This document shows positions 10,504 to 19,772 of a DNA stretch of 64,000 nt, piece after piece. The stretch's first letter is position 1, and every line of letters begins with the position of its first letter. Under the pieces are notes generated by a model. It had not been told where the DNA came from. It saw only the letters and a program-made list of their open reading frames with translations, and did not search any database. Source of the stretch: Candidatus Gottesmanbacteria bacterium (GTDB lineage Bacteria > Patescibacteriota > Microgenomatia > UBA10105 > UBA927); the NCBI GenBank assembly GCA_963790805.1, contig CAWBPL010000002.1, positions 512,696 to 576,695 of the forward strand, given 5' to 3'. The position numbers and the translations under genes were made by a program.

Positions 10504-11328
10504 ATGGAGAAGCCCCGTTTTTCTATCATTATTCCCACATTAAATGAGGAAAAATTTCTTCCGAAGCTTCTCACGTCACTTGCCGGCCAAACACAAAAAA
10601 ATTTTGAGGTCGTGGTTGTTGATGGCCTCTCAAAAGATAAAACGGTTGAAGTTGCCCGAACATTTGCCTCGAAGATCCCTAAATTGCAGGTTGTCATGAG
10701 CGAGAAAGCGAGACTGCCATTACAGCGAAATCTCGGTGCGAAGCATACAACCGGCGAATGGCTGATATTTGTTGATGCTGACAGTGTTCTCATGCCGTAT
10801 TTTATTGAAAGAGTAAAACACTTTATTGATACCCAAAAATCTGCTGTTTTTACGACGTGGGTAAAACCCGATACGGATGACGTAAATGACAGTATTTTTA
10901 CTCTCATCGCAAATATTTTTTTGGAGTCAACAATATTGTTTAAGCGGCCGTTTACGCCCGGCCCCCTAACCATCATCCGCCGGAATTTGTTTGAACTGAT
11001 AGGAGGGTACGATGAGACGCGTAAGTTTAATGAGGATGTGGATTTTGGTTTGCGACTGGCAAAAGCAGGAGCAGTTGCTGACATGCTACGGGAGACATTG
11101 TATGTCTGGTCGATGCGAAGAATCCGCCGCGAAGGAAAGGTGAAAGTTATTCAGCAGATGGTGGTAGCTTCATTACCGGTATTGTTATTCAAGCGGCCGC
11201 TCAAGTATATGCCGGGATATGTGATGGGGGGGCAACTATACGGTAAAAAGAAGCGGAAGCTTAAGCTGACAGTGCTGAAACGCTATGAAAAAGAGTTAAA
11301 AAAGCTCCTTACTGAGTTATTTGAATGA
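10504..11328 (+). CDS. Glycosyltransferase family 2
   Basis: FSIIIPTLNEE..., VVVDGLSKD, FVDAD motifs. Start moved to ATG 10504 because a TATAAT (10486-10491) lies inside the tracked TTG-initiated ORF. Confidence 0.8.
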   Translation: MEKPRFSIIIPTLNEEKFLPKLLTSLAGQTQKNFEVVVVDGLSKDKTVEVARTFASKIPKLQVVMSEKARLPLQRNLGAKHTTGEWLIFVDADSVLMPYFIERVKHFIDTQKSAVFTTWVKPDTDDVNDSIFTLIANIFLESTILFKRPFTPGPLTIIRRNLFELIGGYDETRKFNEDVDFGLRLAKAGAVADMLRETLYVWSMRRIRREGKVKVIQQMVVASLPVLLFKRPLKYMPGYVMGGQLYGKKKRKLKLTVLKRYEKELKKLLTELFE

Positions 11329-12582
11329 AGATTGGGGATATCGTTCTACCCAGTTTCCCGTCACCGGTTCAAACATCAAGGGGTCGTAGGAATAATTGAG
11401 TAATCTGATAATACTCTTGAGTCCTGTTTTTCCACTTAGCATATAATTTCTTTCTCCGTCATTTTGTACCCACCCCCATTCATAGAAACCCAGCGCCTCA
11501 GATTTTGGCTTATTGGTTATACAGTACAGTCCAACTTCTTCAATAGTATATTTCTTTAACAGTGGACGCAGTTTCATGGCCATGATCAAGACGGCGAGCG
11601 CCTGCAGCTTTTCATTCTCTTTACGTATAGCTGGAGTTTCCAGCGGAATTATCATTGGTGCGCCGATCTCGGCTATGCTCAGTTTTTTCTTCAGGGGCTG
11701 GAGGGCCTCAAGTGTTTCCTCCAATAAATCCATGTTACCGAAGGCTTGTTTGAACATATCAATCGGCGCGTTCTGCCTTAATAATTCAACTTTGGTTGGG
11801 TTATTACGCGCCTGAAATGCCTGTATAAAATATTTTCTATTTTTCCAGTAGAGATCTATGGTTTTTTTGGGGAGATGCCATATTCCTGGATAATAATCGA
11901 GCCCTATTTCATCAAAATTACTCAATACGTCTTGATTTTCTTGAATAAATTCGAGGGAACGGTACATGAACTTGGGAACAGATTTTACCGGTGATGCGTG
12001 GACTGCAAGTGTAGCCATAATGGATATTTTCTTACCAAAATACTGTTGCGATTTTTCCCGAAGAATGTTAGCGCACATTGGTATATGTTGTAATAGGACG
12101 TTAGGAGTATACGATTGCATATTGAGTTCGTTAAACGCCTGGATGTTTGAAGGAGTCATTGATGGTTTACCTTCGGGAGTGAGTGCATTAAATACAACAT
12201 CCACATAGTCTTGATATGCTTTTATAAAGGCTTCGGGATTCTTTTTTGCCAGTTTCACCGCCCATTCTGGTGTATGAGCAAGTACGATGGCGCTTTTTAG
12301 TCCCGATTCGTGGGCAATTTCTGTAATTTTTTGCAGTCGTTCAAGCTTCCCGTGGTCGATCTGTCCTTGCTCCGGCATAACATCTTCTATTTTCCAGTCG
12401 ATGCGAAGTTTGTCTACGCCCATCGTGCGCATTTCATGGAATAGTAAAGAGAGATTGTCCGCTTCTTCGGTGACGAGTGGTTTATCAAAATAGGCAAAGT
12501 GTTGATCCACTGAAATCGTTACACGATGACCGAGGATTTCTTTCGAGACGGAGTTGTCTATGATTAAGCCATTTTCCGACAT
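11317..12582 (-). CDS. Putative glycoside-hydrolase-like TIM-barrel protein
   Basis: 421 aa and cytoplasmic. AFNELN resembles the clan GH-A acid/base NE motif. No firm family assignment. Confidence 0.5.
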   Translation of the reverse strand: MSENGLIIDNSVSKEILGHRVTISVDQHFAYFDKPLVTEEADNLSLLFHEMRTMGVDKLRIDWKIEDVMPEQGQIDHGKLERLQKITEIAHESGLKSAIVLAHTPEWAVKLAKKNPEAFIKAYQDYVDVVFNALTPEGKPSMTPSNIQAFNELNMQSYTPNVLLQHIPMCANILREKSQQYFGKKISIMATLAVHASPVKSVPKFMYRSLEFIQENQDVLSNFDEIGLDYYPGIWHLPKKTIDLYWKNRKYFIQAFQARNNPTKVELLRQNAPIDMFKQAFGNMDLLEETLEALQPLKKKLSIAEIGAPMIIPLETPAIRKENEKLQALAVLIMAMKLRPLLKKYTIEEVGLYCITNKPKSEALGFYEWGWVQNDGERNYMLSGKTGLKSIIRLLNYSYDPLMFEPVTGNWVERYPQSSFK

Positions 12583-12638
12583 ATGGTCGGATTATATACT
12601 ATACAACGTAAATTTTAAGGATATAATGAGCCTATCAT

Positions 12639-14102
12639 ATGCAGATTATTGCCGATCTTCAACTTCATTCCAGATTCTCCCGCGCAGTATCGCCAGCCAT
12701 GGTATTGCCTGAGATCTGTATGTGGACAAAACGAAAGGGCATGGGGCTCGTGGCTACCGGTGACTGGACGCATCCGTTGTGGATGAAGGACATCAAAGAA
12801 AATCTTGAAGAAATCGGCAACGGGCTTCTGAAGCTTAAAGGGGCGAAGCCTGATGATCCATTGTTTCTTCTTGCGACTGAAGTTTCCTGCATTTATTCCC
12901 AAGGCGGAAAAGGGAGGAGAATTCATACGCTCGTGTGGGTTCCTTCGCTTGCTTCAGCCGACAAGGTGAACAAAGAGATGACCCGACAGGGATGCAACCT
13001 TATGAGCGACGGCCGGCCGATTATCGGGCTTACGTCCATACAGGTTGCCGAACTGGTCCTGACGATTGAACCGAACGCCCTTATTATTCCGGCACACGCG
13101 TGGACGCCGTGGTTCTCGGTTTTCGGCAGCATGAGCGGATTTAACAGTTTGGAGGAAGCCTACGGTCCGTATGCGAAGCATATTTATGCGGTGGAGACGG
13201 GATTATCAAGTAACCCGTCGATGAACTGGCGCATTAAAGAGCTTGATACCCGCTCGATCGTTTCATTTTCCGATGCGCACAGTGGGCCGAAGTTGGGGCG
13301 AGAATCAACTGTTTTTGATATTCCTGACGGAAAGCTAAATTATCAGGCGATTTATGAAGCAATTAAAAATACACCAACGGAGGTCGCAAACAAAAATTTA
13401 GATTCGTCTTCAGTTCTCTCGCGAAAACAGTCTTTGGCCTCCATAAAAAAATCTTCGCTCGCAAATGAATCCGAACAAAATTTTGTTTGCTCCCCCCGCG
13501 CGAATATTGCCTATACGATTGAGTTTTATCCCGAAGAGGGGAAATACCATTGGTCAGGCCACAGGCTTTGCAACATACGCTGGGGACCCAAGGATACGGC
13601 GAAAAACGGAACGACCTGTCCGGTTTGCGGGAAGCCGCTTGTGCAGGGAGTTGAACAGCGTGTGAGTGAGCTTGCTGGCCGAAGTGAAGAGGATTTGAGA
13701 CTTACCGTTACGTCAGAAGCGATATATCCAAACGGTGCGATGGTCCACGTGACGAAGAGTAAGGCATTTCCCAAGCGTCCGCCGTTTGTGATGCTTGTTC
13801 CGCTTCAGGAAATTATTTCAGAATGCATAGGATCGCCCGTAGCGAGCCCTAAAGTGCAAACGCCGTATAGACAGCTTACGGATGCATTGGGAGGGGAATT
13901 TGCGGTGCTTCTTCGTGCGGCGCATGGTGAGATAGCGAAAATTGCAGGGGAACGGGTCGCCGTGGGCGTTGATAAGGTTCGGACGGGCGACATTGTCATT
14001 GATCCCGGATACGATGGTGTATTTGGAGTTGTGAAGTTGTGGCGTGAGGGGGAAGTAAAACCGCTCATTGATGCGACCAAAGAGCAGCTGAGCATTTTTT
14101 GA
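12639..14102 (+). CDS. Endonuclease Q (PHP-domain, deaminated-base endonuclease)
   Basis: DLQLHSRFSRAVS, PAHAWTPW, SFSDAHS, GKYH and zinc-finger CPVCGKPL line up with my memory of Pyrococcus EndoQ. Confidence 0.8.
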   Translation: MQIIADLQLHSRFSRAVSPAMVLPEICMWTKRKGMGLVATGDWTHPLWMKDIKENLEEIGNGLLKLKGAKPDDPLFLLATEVSCIYSQGGKGRRIHTLVWVPSLASADKVNKEMTRQGCNLMSDGRPIIGLTSIQVAELVLTIEPNALIIPAHAWTPWFSVFGSMSGFNSLEEAYGPYAKHIYAVETGLSSNPSMNWRIKELDTRSIVSFSDAHSGPKLGRESTVFDIPDGKLNYQAIYEAIKNTPTEVANKNLDSSSVLSRKQSLASIKKSSLANESEQNFVCSPRANIAYTIEFYPEEGKYHWSGHRLCNIRWGPKDTAKNGTTCPVCGKPLVQGVEQRVSELAGRSEEDLRLTVTSEAIYPNGAMVHVTKSKAFPKRPPFVMLVPLQEIISECIGSPVASPKVQTPYRQLTDALGGEFAVLLRAAHGEIAKIAGERVAVGVDKVRTGDIVIDPGYDGVFGVVKLWREGEVKPLIDATKEQLSIF

Positions 14103-14206
14103 CCGACATTGGTTATTGACGATAAAATTCCAAGCATGGTAAGGTGGAAAGAGAGAAAAACATACAACGTGAGTTGTATAACAATATTTGAAGGGAGGTG
14201 AGAAGA

Positions 14207-14542
14207 ATGGCAGAAACAACAACAAAAGGAAATGAAAATCTTATGGGAGCTGCAAGCTACCTGTTAGGATTTGTCACAGGCATTATTTTTCTCGTCGTAG
14301 AAAAGCAGAGTAAATTTGTACGATTTCACGCCATGCAGTCAACCATATTGTTTGGCGGCATTTTTATCGTGAACATCGCCCTCGGGTTTATCCCAATTTT
14401 GGGATGGCTCGTCGGATTATTGCTCTCGCTCGCAGCATTTATCCTCTGGATTCTTTGTATGTGGAAGGCGTTCCAGGGTGAAATGTATAAAGTTCCCTAT
14501 GTAGGGGATATAGCGGAGAAGCAACTCGCGAAAATGAAATAA
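14207..14542 (+). CDS. Small multi-TM membrane protein (DUF4870-like)
   Basis: AASYLLGFVTGIIFLVVEK...RFHAMQS pattern. SD AAGGGAGG lies 8 nt upstream of ATG 14207. Confidence 0.6.
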   Translation: MAETTTKGNENLMGAASYLLGFVTGIIFLVVEKQSKFVRFHAMQSTILFGGIFIVNIALGFIPILGWLVGLLLSLAAFILWILCMWKAFQGEMYKVPYVGDIAEKQLAKMK

Positions 14543-14563
14543 CGTTATACACGTGATGGAGAC

Positions 14564-15250
14564 ATGATTGAAATAATCGATGTTACGTCTATCACGTGTA
14601 TTGACGTGGTAAAATTTGTGAAGTTTACTGACCGAATATCTGCCGGACATATTCTTGCGCGTTTTTTGACCTCATATAAAAATACTCCAGCAGTCGTTGT
14701 AGGATTACCTCGCGGAGGCGTTGTTGTCGCCCATGCGATTGCTTCTGATTTGGCCCTTCCCCTTGGCATATTAGCGGTAAAAAAAATTCCTTCTCCAGCA
14801 AACAGCGAACTTGCGATCGGAGCTGTAGCGTCTGATAATGTCTCATTTATCGATCGCGACCTTGTTTCGCGCCTTAATATTCCAAAGGAATATGTAACGC
14901 AACAGATTGAGAAATGTACTCAATTGGTCCATGAAAAAACACGGCGATACCAAAAATGGATTCACCCTCTGGAGATATCAGGAAAGACGGTACTTCTTGT
15001 TGACGACGGGGTAGCAACTGGGTCGACAATGGAGGTGGCAATACGATGGTGTAGCCTACAAAAGGCAGTTTCTGTTGTTGTAGCAATTCCCGTGGCACCG
15101 CTTGATACTGTTCTACATTTGCGATCCAAGGTGCATGAGGTCGTGGTTATAGAAAAGCCTGAGCGATTTGAAGCAGTCGGACAGTTTTATCATAACTTTC
15201 AGGAGATTACCGATAATGACATAATCAGGCTATTGCGCGATCAAAGGTAG
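14564..15250 (+). CDS. Phosphoribosyltransferase-family protein
   Basis: PRPP-binding loop VLLVDDGVATGSTM. The exact start is uncertain. Confidence 0.75.
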   Translation: MIEIIDVTSITCIDVVKFVKFTDRISAGHILARFLTSYKNTPAVVVGLPRGGVVVAHAIASDLALPLGILAVKKIPSPANSELAIGAVASDNVSFIDRDLVSRLNIPKEYVTQQIEKCTQLVHEKTRRYQKWIHPLEISGKTVLLVDDGVATGSTMEVAIRWCSLQKAVSVVVAIPVAPLDTVLHLRSKVHEVVVIEKPERFEAVGQFYHNFQEITDNDIIRLLRDQR

Positions 15251-15271
15251 GATATTAAGATAGAGGAACGT

Positions 15272-15862
15272 ATGAAACTTATTATCGGTCTTGGTAATCC
15301 AGGTGACGAGTATAAAGACACGCGTCATAATATAGGATTTATGGTCGTTGACCACTTATGCCATGAACTGGGTGGACCATTGGTGAAATGGGAAAACGAC
15401 AAGAATCATAAAGCGTTCATTGCGCATACGGGTGACGTTATTCTTGCAAAACCCATAACGTATATGAATAATTCCGGAATTGCAGTGAAAGGGCTCATGG
15501 ATTACTACAAACTGACGCCTCAAGATGTTTGGGTTATCCATGACGATATTGATCTCCCGTTGGGTAAAATCAGAATCCGTCAGAAAGGCGGTACTGCAGG
15601 CCATAACGGCGTGACGTCGATATTGAACCTTCTGAAATCGGATGAATTCGTACGTTTCCGTATGGGAATAGGGAGAGGAAAAGAATCAACCGGCATGAAT
15701 GAAGATAAAAATCTTTCCCATCGATCGGTTATAGCCTTTGTTTTATCGCGGTTTAACAGAAGCGAAGCGGGAAGTTTAAAACACTTGGTTAAACATGGTG
15801 CGCAGGCCGTTCGGATAGCGCTTACAGATGGCATGGACAAAGCCATGAATCGGTTTAACTAG
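15272..15862 (+). CDS. pth: Peptidyl-tRNA hydrolase
   Basis: MKLIIGLGNPG..Y..TRHNIGF N-terminus and HNG motif. Confidence 0.9.
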   Translation: MKLIIGLGNPGDEYKDTRHNIGFMVVDHLCHELGGPLVKWENDKNHKAFIAHTGDVILAKPITYMNNSGIAVKGLMDYYKLTPQDVWVIHDDIDLPLGKIRIRQKGGTAGHNGVTSILNLLKSDEFVRFRMGIGRGKESTGMNEDKNLSHRSVIAFVLSRFNRSEAGSLKHLVKHGAQAVRIALTDGMDKAMNRFN

Positions 15863-15869
15863 ATGTTGT

Positions 15870-16148
15870 ATGGCAAAAATCTCATCCGTCCAAAGTATCG
15901 GTCAGATACTTCTGACATTTAATCCGCTCGAAGATAAATATATTTCCCGCGAATTTCAATCCTACGGAATCTATTTGTCTGAGGAGTTAAACGATTATAA
16001 ACATAAAGCGCTCTATATCCGACTTGCAAAAACCGTTCCTCGGGCGATTTTAGAAAAATCACTTTCATTTGTAAAAGACAGCAACGCAAAAAGTAAAGCG
16101 AGATTATTTATGTGGAAGATGAAACAACTGAAAGAGGGCAAGGAGTAG
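15870..16148 (+). CDS. Hypothetical protein (92 aa)
   Basis: ORF only, tightly packed between pth and acyP. Confidence 0.4.
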   Translation: MAKISSVQSIGQILLTFNPLEDKYISREFQSYGIYLSEELNDYKHKALYIRLAKTVPRAILEKSLSFVKDSNAKSKARLFMWKMKQLKEGKE

Positions 16149-16154
16149 AGAGAT

Positions 16155-16427
16155 ATGGCGCGTGTCCACTGTATCATTTCCGGTGACGTGCAAGGTGTGG
16201 GATTTCGTGCGTGGGTCCTTCGTTTCGCTCGAAGTAGAAAGCTTTCCGGTTGGGTGAAAAATAGAGAGGATGGGGCGGTCGAGTTGATTGCAGAAGGGCC
16301 GAAAGGTGAGTTAGAAGAGCTTGTGAAGCGGTGTCACCGAGGCCCTGACGTTGCATGGGTAGAACACGTTGACGTGCAGTGGGAATCCAGCACAGAGGGT
16401 TTTGTCTCTTTTGAGGTGATATACTAA
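16155..16427 (+). CDS. acyP: Acylphosphatase
   Basis: ISGDVQGVGFRAWV and GWVKNREDGAVE motifs. Confidence 0.85.
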   Translation: MARVHCIISGDVQGVGFRAWVLRFARSRKLSGWVKNREDGAVELIAEGPKGELEELVKRCHRGPDVAWVEHVDVQWESSTEGFVSFEVIY

Positions 16428-16434
16428 AATCACC

Positions 16435-16905
16435 ATGATAGTTGAGAATATTAAAGAAATAATTCGTCGAAAACCCCTCATATTTCTTCTTGTTTTCTTT
16501 GGGTATTTTTTTATTGCCGCTGTTTTTAAATGGCACATACATCCGAATATCAGTACTGCGATTTTTTTGCTTGGCGGTATTGTTGGTGTCTATTTTCTTG
16601 ATGTCGCTGAAGTAGTATTTCATCTGACTCCTTCGCCGTTTCGCAGTGTCGTTTTTGAGTGGGCATTTGCCGTCGTCAGTTTGTTTATTATTTCGTCCTC
16701 TGGAAGTATGCTTGCGTCAGGACTTGTGCTGTCACTCTATCTTTCGATGATTTTGTGGCAAATCGGGGAGTGGGAAATTCACAAGAATCTTAACGATTGG
16801 TACACGATGATCAAAGGAACGGTAACGACAAACACGGAATTGTGGATTTTTGCCGGTTTCATCGTTTTATTTATTATAGAAACGTTTGTTTATATTTACT
16901 GGTAA
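16435..16905 (+). CDS. Multi-TM membrane protein
   Basis: 156 aa with about 4 hydrophobic spans. Its stop overlaps the next start (TAATG). Confidence 0.5.
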   Translation: MIVENIKEIIRRKPLIFLLVFFGYFFIAAVFKWHIHPNISTAIFLLGGIVGVYFLDVAEVVFHLTPSPFRSVVFEWAFAVVSLFIISSSGSMLASGLVLSLYLSMILWQIGEWEIHKNLNDWYTMIKGTVTTNTELWIFAGFIVLFIIETFVYIYW

Positions 16906-17399
16906 TGATTCTTCCTGAATCGAAATTGTGGCAATATCTTTCTGATGATCAGCGGGTGCTTGCCCGAGATGGAGAATTTTTAATCGCTGATACGGATCGT
17001 CATCACAATCAGTTTCCGACAGATTATTCGTATCTCGTGTTTCCGTTTGCCAAAATGTATGAAGGGTTTTTGAAGCAATTATTTTTAGATTTAAGCATCA
17101 TAACAGTGAAAGAATTCAGAAGCGATCATTATCGGGTGGGCAAAACCTTGAGTCCTAATCTCGTCGGTATGTTAAAATTCCGCAGTGCATTCGGACAGAT
17201 AGAAACCCGCTTTGGAAGTGATTTAGCCATTCAACTATGGCAAACGTGGAAAAATGGCAGGAATCTGGTTTTTCATTATTTCCCCCATAATTATCGGTCT
17301 TTGAATCTTGAGCAGGCGAAAATAACGGTACAGCGTATTGTTGATGCGATGAATCGGGCGGTTGAAGAGACGCATGTTCATCCGTCTCTTCGTACGTGA
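16905..17399 (+). CDS. Hypothetical cytoplasmic protein with HEPN-like RNxxxH motif
   Basis: Start trimmed to MILPESK (ATG 16905). GRNLVFH matches the Rx4-6H HEPN signature. No other support. Confidence 0.5.
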   Translation: MILPESKLWQYLSDDQRVLARDGEFLIADTDRHHNQFPTDYSYLVFPFAKMYEGFLKQLFLDLSIITVKEFRSDHYRVGKTLSPNLVGMLKFRSAFGQIETRFGSDLAIQLWQTWKNGRNLVFHYFPHNYRSLNLEQAKITVQRIVDAMNRAVEETHVHPSLRT

Positions 17400-17445
17400 T
17401 TAGTCCTTGCGCGCGTTTGGTGAACCGTTTATTGTAATAATAGAT

Positions 17446-18123
17446 ATGGCAAAGAAACGATCCTCAATAGCGACCACTCCCGTTAAGTCATTGGAATCAA
17501 TTTATCAGCTGTGGGCGTGGATTTTACTTTTTTGGAGCCTTTATCGGTATTTTTTCCGATTTCCTGAGTGGGTCGACGAATTTATCGTAAAACCGTTGGT
17601 GTTTGTTGCCCCCGTCCTCTGGTATGTATGGAAAAAAGAAAAACGCACATTGGAATCCGTCGGTATAACCGGAAAAAACTTTTTTAACAGTTTGTATATA
17701 GGCATCGGATTCGGCATGGTGTTTGCGCTTGAGGGGGTTTTTGCACATTTCATCAAATACGGCAAATTTTCGCTCACCCCAATCAACGCATTTGGCAATT
17801 ACGGATTTTTCCTTATTATCATTTCGCTTGCAACGGCGATCACCGAGGAACTGTTAAGCAGGGGATTTCTTTTCAATCGAATATACGAAAAAACAAAAAA
17901 TTTGCCCTATGCGGCGACGATGGGATCCGTGCTTTTTGTTTTACTCCATATACCGATTTTAGTGACCGTTACCAAGCTGCAAGGAGTAACGCTCGTATTA
18001 TTTTTTGCGACTGATTTTATTTTAGCGTTTGCCAACAGCATGTTGTATGTAACAACGGGTTCACTGGTCGCTCCAATTCTCGTCCATCTCTTCTGGAATA
18101 TGACCGTTGCGTTATACCTCTAA
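17446..18123 (+). CDS. CPBP (CAAX/Abi-type) intramembrane metalloprotease
   Basis: EELLSRGFLF (EExxxR), FVLLH and HLFWN motifs, with multiple TM spans. Confidence 0.8.
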   Translation: MAKKRSSIATTPVKSLESIYQLWAWILLFWSLYRYFFRFPEWVDEFIVKPLVFVAPVLWYVWKKEKRTLESVGITGKNFFNSLYIGIGFGMVFALEGVFAHFIKYGKFSLTPINAFGNYGFFLIIISLATAITEELLSRGFLFNRIYEKTKNLPYAATMGSVLFVLLHIPILVTVTKLQGVTLVLFFATDFILAFANSMLYVTTGSLVAPILVHLFWNMTVALYL

Positions 18124-18128
18124 TACCG

Positions 18129-18155
18129 CTAATCCCGCTTATTAAGCGGGATTAG
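18129..18155. terminator. 13-bp perfect inverted repeat between convergent genes (hairpin, no clear U-tract)
   Basis: CTAATCCCGCTTA-T-TAAGCGGGATTAG, read directly. Confidence 0.5.
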
Positions 18156-18189
18156 GAAATAGTATCAAACAAAACCTTTCGTTTACCTA

Positions 18190-18507
18190 TTATTGTGGCA
18201 TCATGCCCATCATGGTGGTGCTTTGGCCCATCAATTCTGAGCCGCCCTCCATCATCTGTGTGCCTTTATCCATCATGGTCCGATCGCCCATGCGTTTGCC
18301 TTGATCATTCATCAGTTTGCCTGCGTCTTGCATCATGGAGCCTTTATCACGCATAAGCGTGGTTGCCTGAAGAAACGCGACATCCTGTGCGGACGTTGCT
18401 CCCTTTCCAAGGTAATAGCCAACAATACCGCCAAAAATTGACATAACCAAAAGGACGGTGACACTCATTAGGTCGAGTTTAAATTTCGATGTTTTTGCTT
18501 TTGCCAT
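18190..18507 (-). CDS. Membrane-anchored Met-rich repeat protein (candidate Cu(I)/soft-metal binder)
   Basis: N-terminal TM, then LMRDKGSMMQDAGKLMNDQGKRMGDRTMMDKGTQMMEGGSELMGQSTTMMGMMPQ. Confidence 0.6.
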   Translation of the reverse strand: MAKAKTSKFKLDLMSVTVLLVMSIFGGIVGYYLGKGATSAQDVAFLQATTLMRDKGSMMQDAGKLMNDQGKRMGDRTMMDKGTQMMEGGSELMGQSTTMMGMMPQ

Positions 18508-18648
18508 TGTGTGTCACCTCCTTTCTGGGACAGAAATTACTTCTTCTATCATCATAGCGGTATTTCCCGATAGGATGCAAGAGTACATATGGGTATCCGC
18601 CATTGTGATTCGTCTCACAATATTTTATAGTGAATACACGAGAGGGAT

Positions 18649-18858
18649 ATGTGCGAAAATAATATTAGTAGAGTCAAAGAGATACGAGGAAATATTGCTA
18701 TTATGGAAAATAACCGTCGCGTTCGATTGGGGCCTCTCGACGGTGTTTTACAGGGAGATTATCTGGAAATATATGCCGATATTGCGGTAGCAAAAATTGA
18801 GACGGATGAAGCTCTGTCAATACTGTCGGCAAAGAAACAAGGAGGGTTACCGATATGA
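18649..18858 (+). CDS. hypC: HypC/HupF-like hydrogenase maturation chaperone (divergent)
   Basis: Starts MC. RVKEI.G..A......RRVRL.....LQGDYLEIYADIAVAKIETDEA parallels the HypC consensus (MC...V.EI.G..A.V...G..R.V.L.L...GDYVLVH.GFAI..ID..EA). Confidence 0.55.
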   Translation: MCENNISRVKEIRGNIAIMENNRRVRLGPLDGVLQGDYLEIYADIAVAKIETDEALSILSAKKQGGLPI

Positions 18859-19742
18859 TAAAAAAGGGCATCGTATTAAGCTTTTTAACAGCGTGTATTT
18901 CGGGAATATCCATATTTTCTAATGCGATATTTGTTTCGCATGCGGACCCCCTCATTTTTTCCATAGTGAGAAACGCTCTTGTTGCACTCTTGCTGACGGT
19001 TATTCTTGCGTTTACGAAACAAACGAAACTTTTACGCCAGCTTTCACGGAAACAGTGGGGTATGCTTATGCTTATCGGGGCCATAGGAGGCGGGATTCCG
19101 TTTGCCATGTTTTTTACGGGACTATCAACAGTCGGGGCCGTAAATGGTAATATTCTTCAAAAATCGCTATTTCTTTGGGTACTCCTTCTTGCTGTGCCGG
19201 TTTTGAAAGAACGCATTTCAAAGACTCAACTTATCGGTTACATAGCATTGTTTGTTGGTATGTTTGTCTTCGGCGGAACGTATAAGCTTATTCCCTCAAC
19301 GGGCGCGTTTTTGGTGCTTGGAGCAACGATATTATGGGCGATTGAGAATGTTATTGCAAAAATTTCTCTTGAGTATATTGAACCGGGGGTTGTGGCTTGG
19401 GGACGGATGGTTTTTGGGTTACCATTTCTTCTGGGAGCAGCAGCGGTCTTTGGTAAAACACCACTCCTTCTTCAGCCGTCCGCATACATGCTCATGCCGC
19501 TTGTTGTCAGCAGCGTTCTTTTAGTTTTGTATGTGACGACTTGGTACTGGGCCCTTTCAAAAGCTCCAGCGACAGTAGTTTCATCAGTATTAGTATTTGC
19601 GCCAGTCGTCACAGCGGTACTGGGAATGGTTCTATTTCATAAAGCATTCGTTGGACAACAGGGGATAAACGCATTGCTTCTTATTATCGGGTCGCTCTTG
19701 GTTTCCATGACAAAGGAAGCGCCCAAAGTGTTAGAAAATTGA
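18855..19742 (+). CDS. EamA/DMT-family transporter
   Basis: 295 aa with about 10 TM in two EamA-like halves. ATGA overlap with the hypC-like gene. Confidence 0.8.
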   Translation: MIKKGIVLSFLTACISGISIFSNAIFVSHADPLIFSIVRNALVALLLTVILAFTKQTKLLRQLSRKQWGMLMLIGAIGGGIPFAMFFTGLSTVGAVNGNILQKSLFLWVLLLAVPVLKERISKTQLIGYIALFVGMFVFGGTYKLIPSTGAFLVLGATILWAIENVIAKISLEYIEPGVVAWGRMVFGLPFLLGAAAVFGKTPLLLQPSAYMLMPLVVSSVLLVLYVTTWYWALSKAPATVVSSVLVFAPVVTAVLGMVLFHKAFVGQQGINALLLIIGSLLVSMTKEAPKVLEN

Positions 19743-19772
19743 CGTATGACGTTTGATTCGCAAGGTGTCAGG

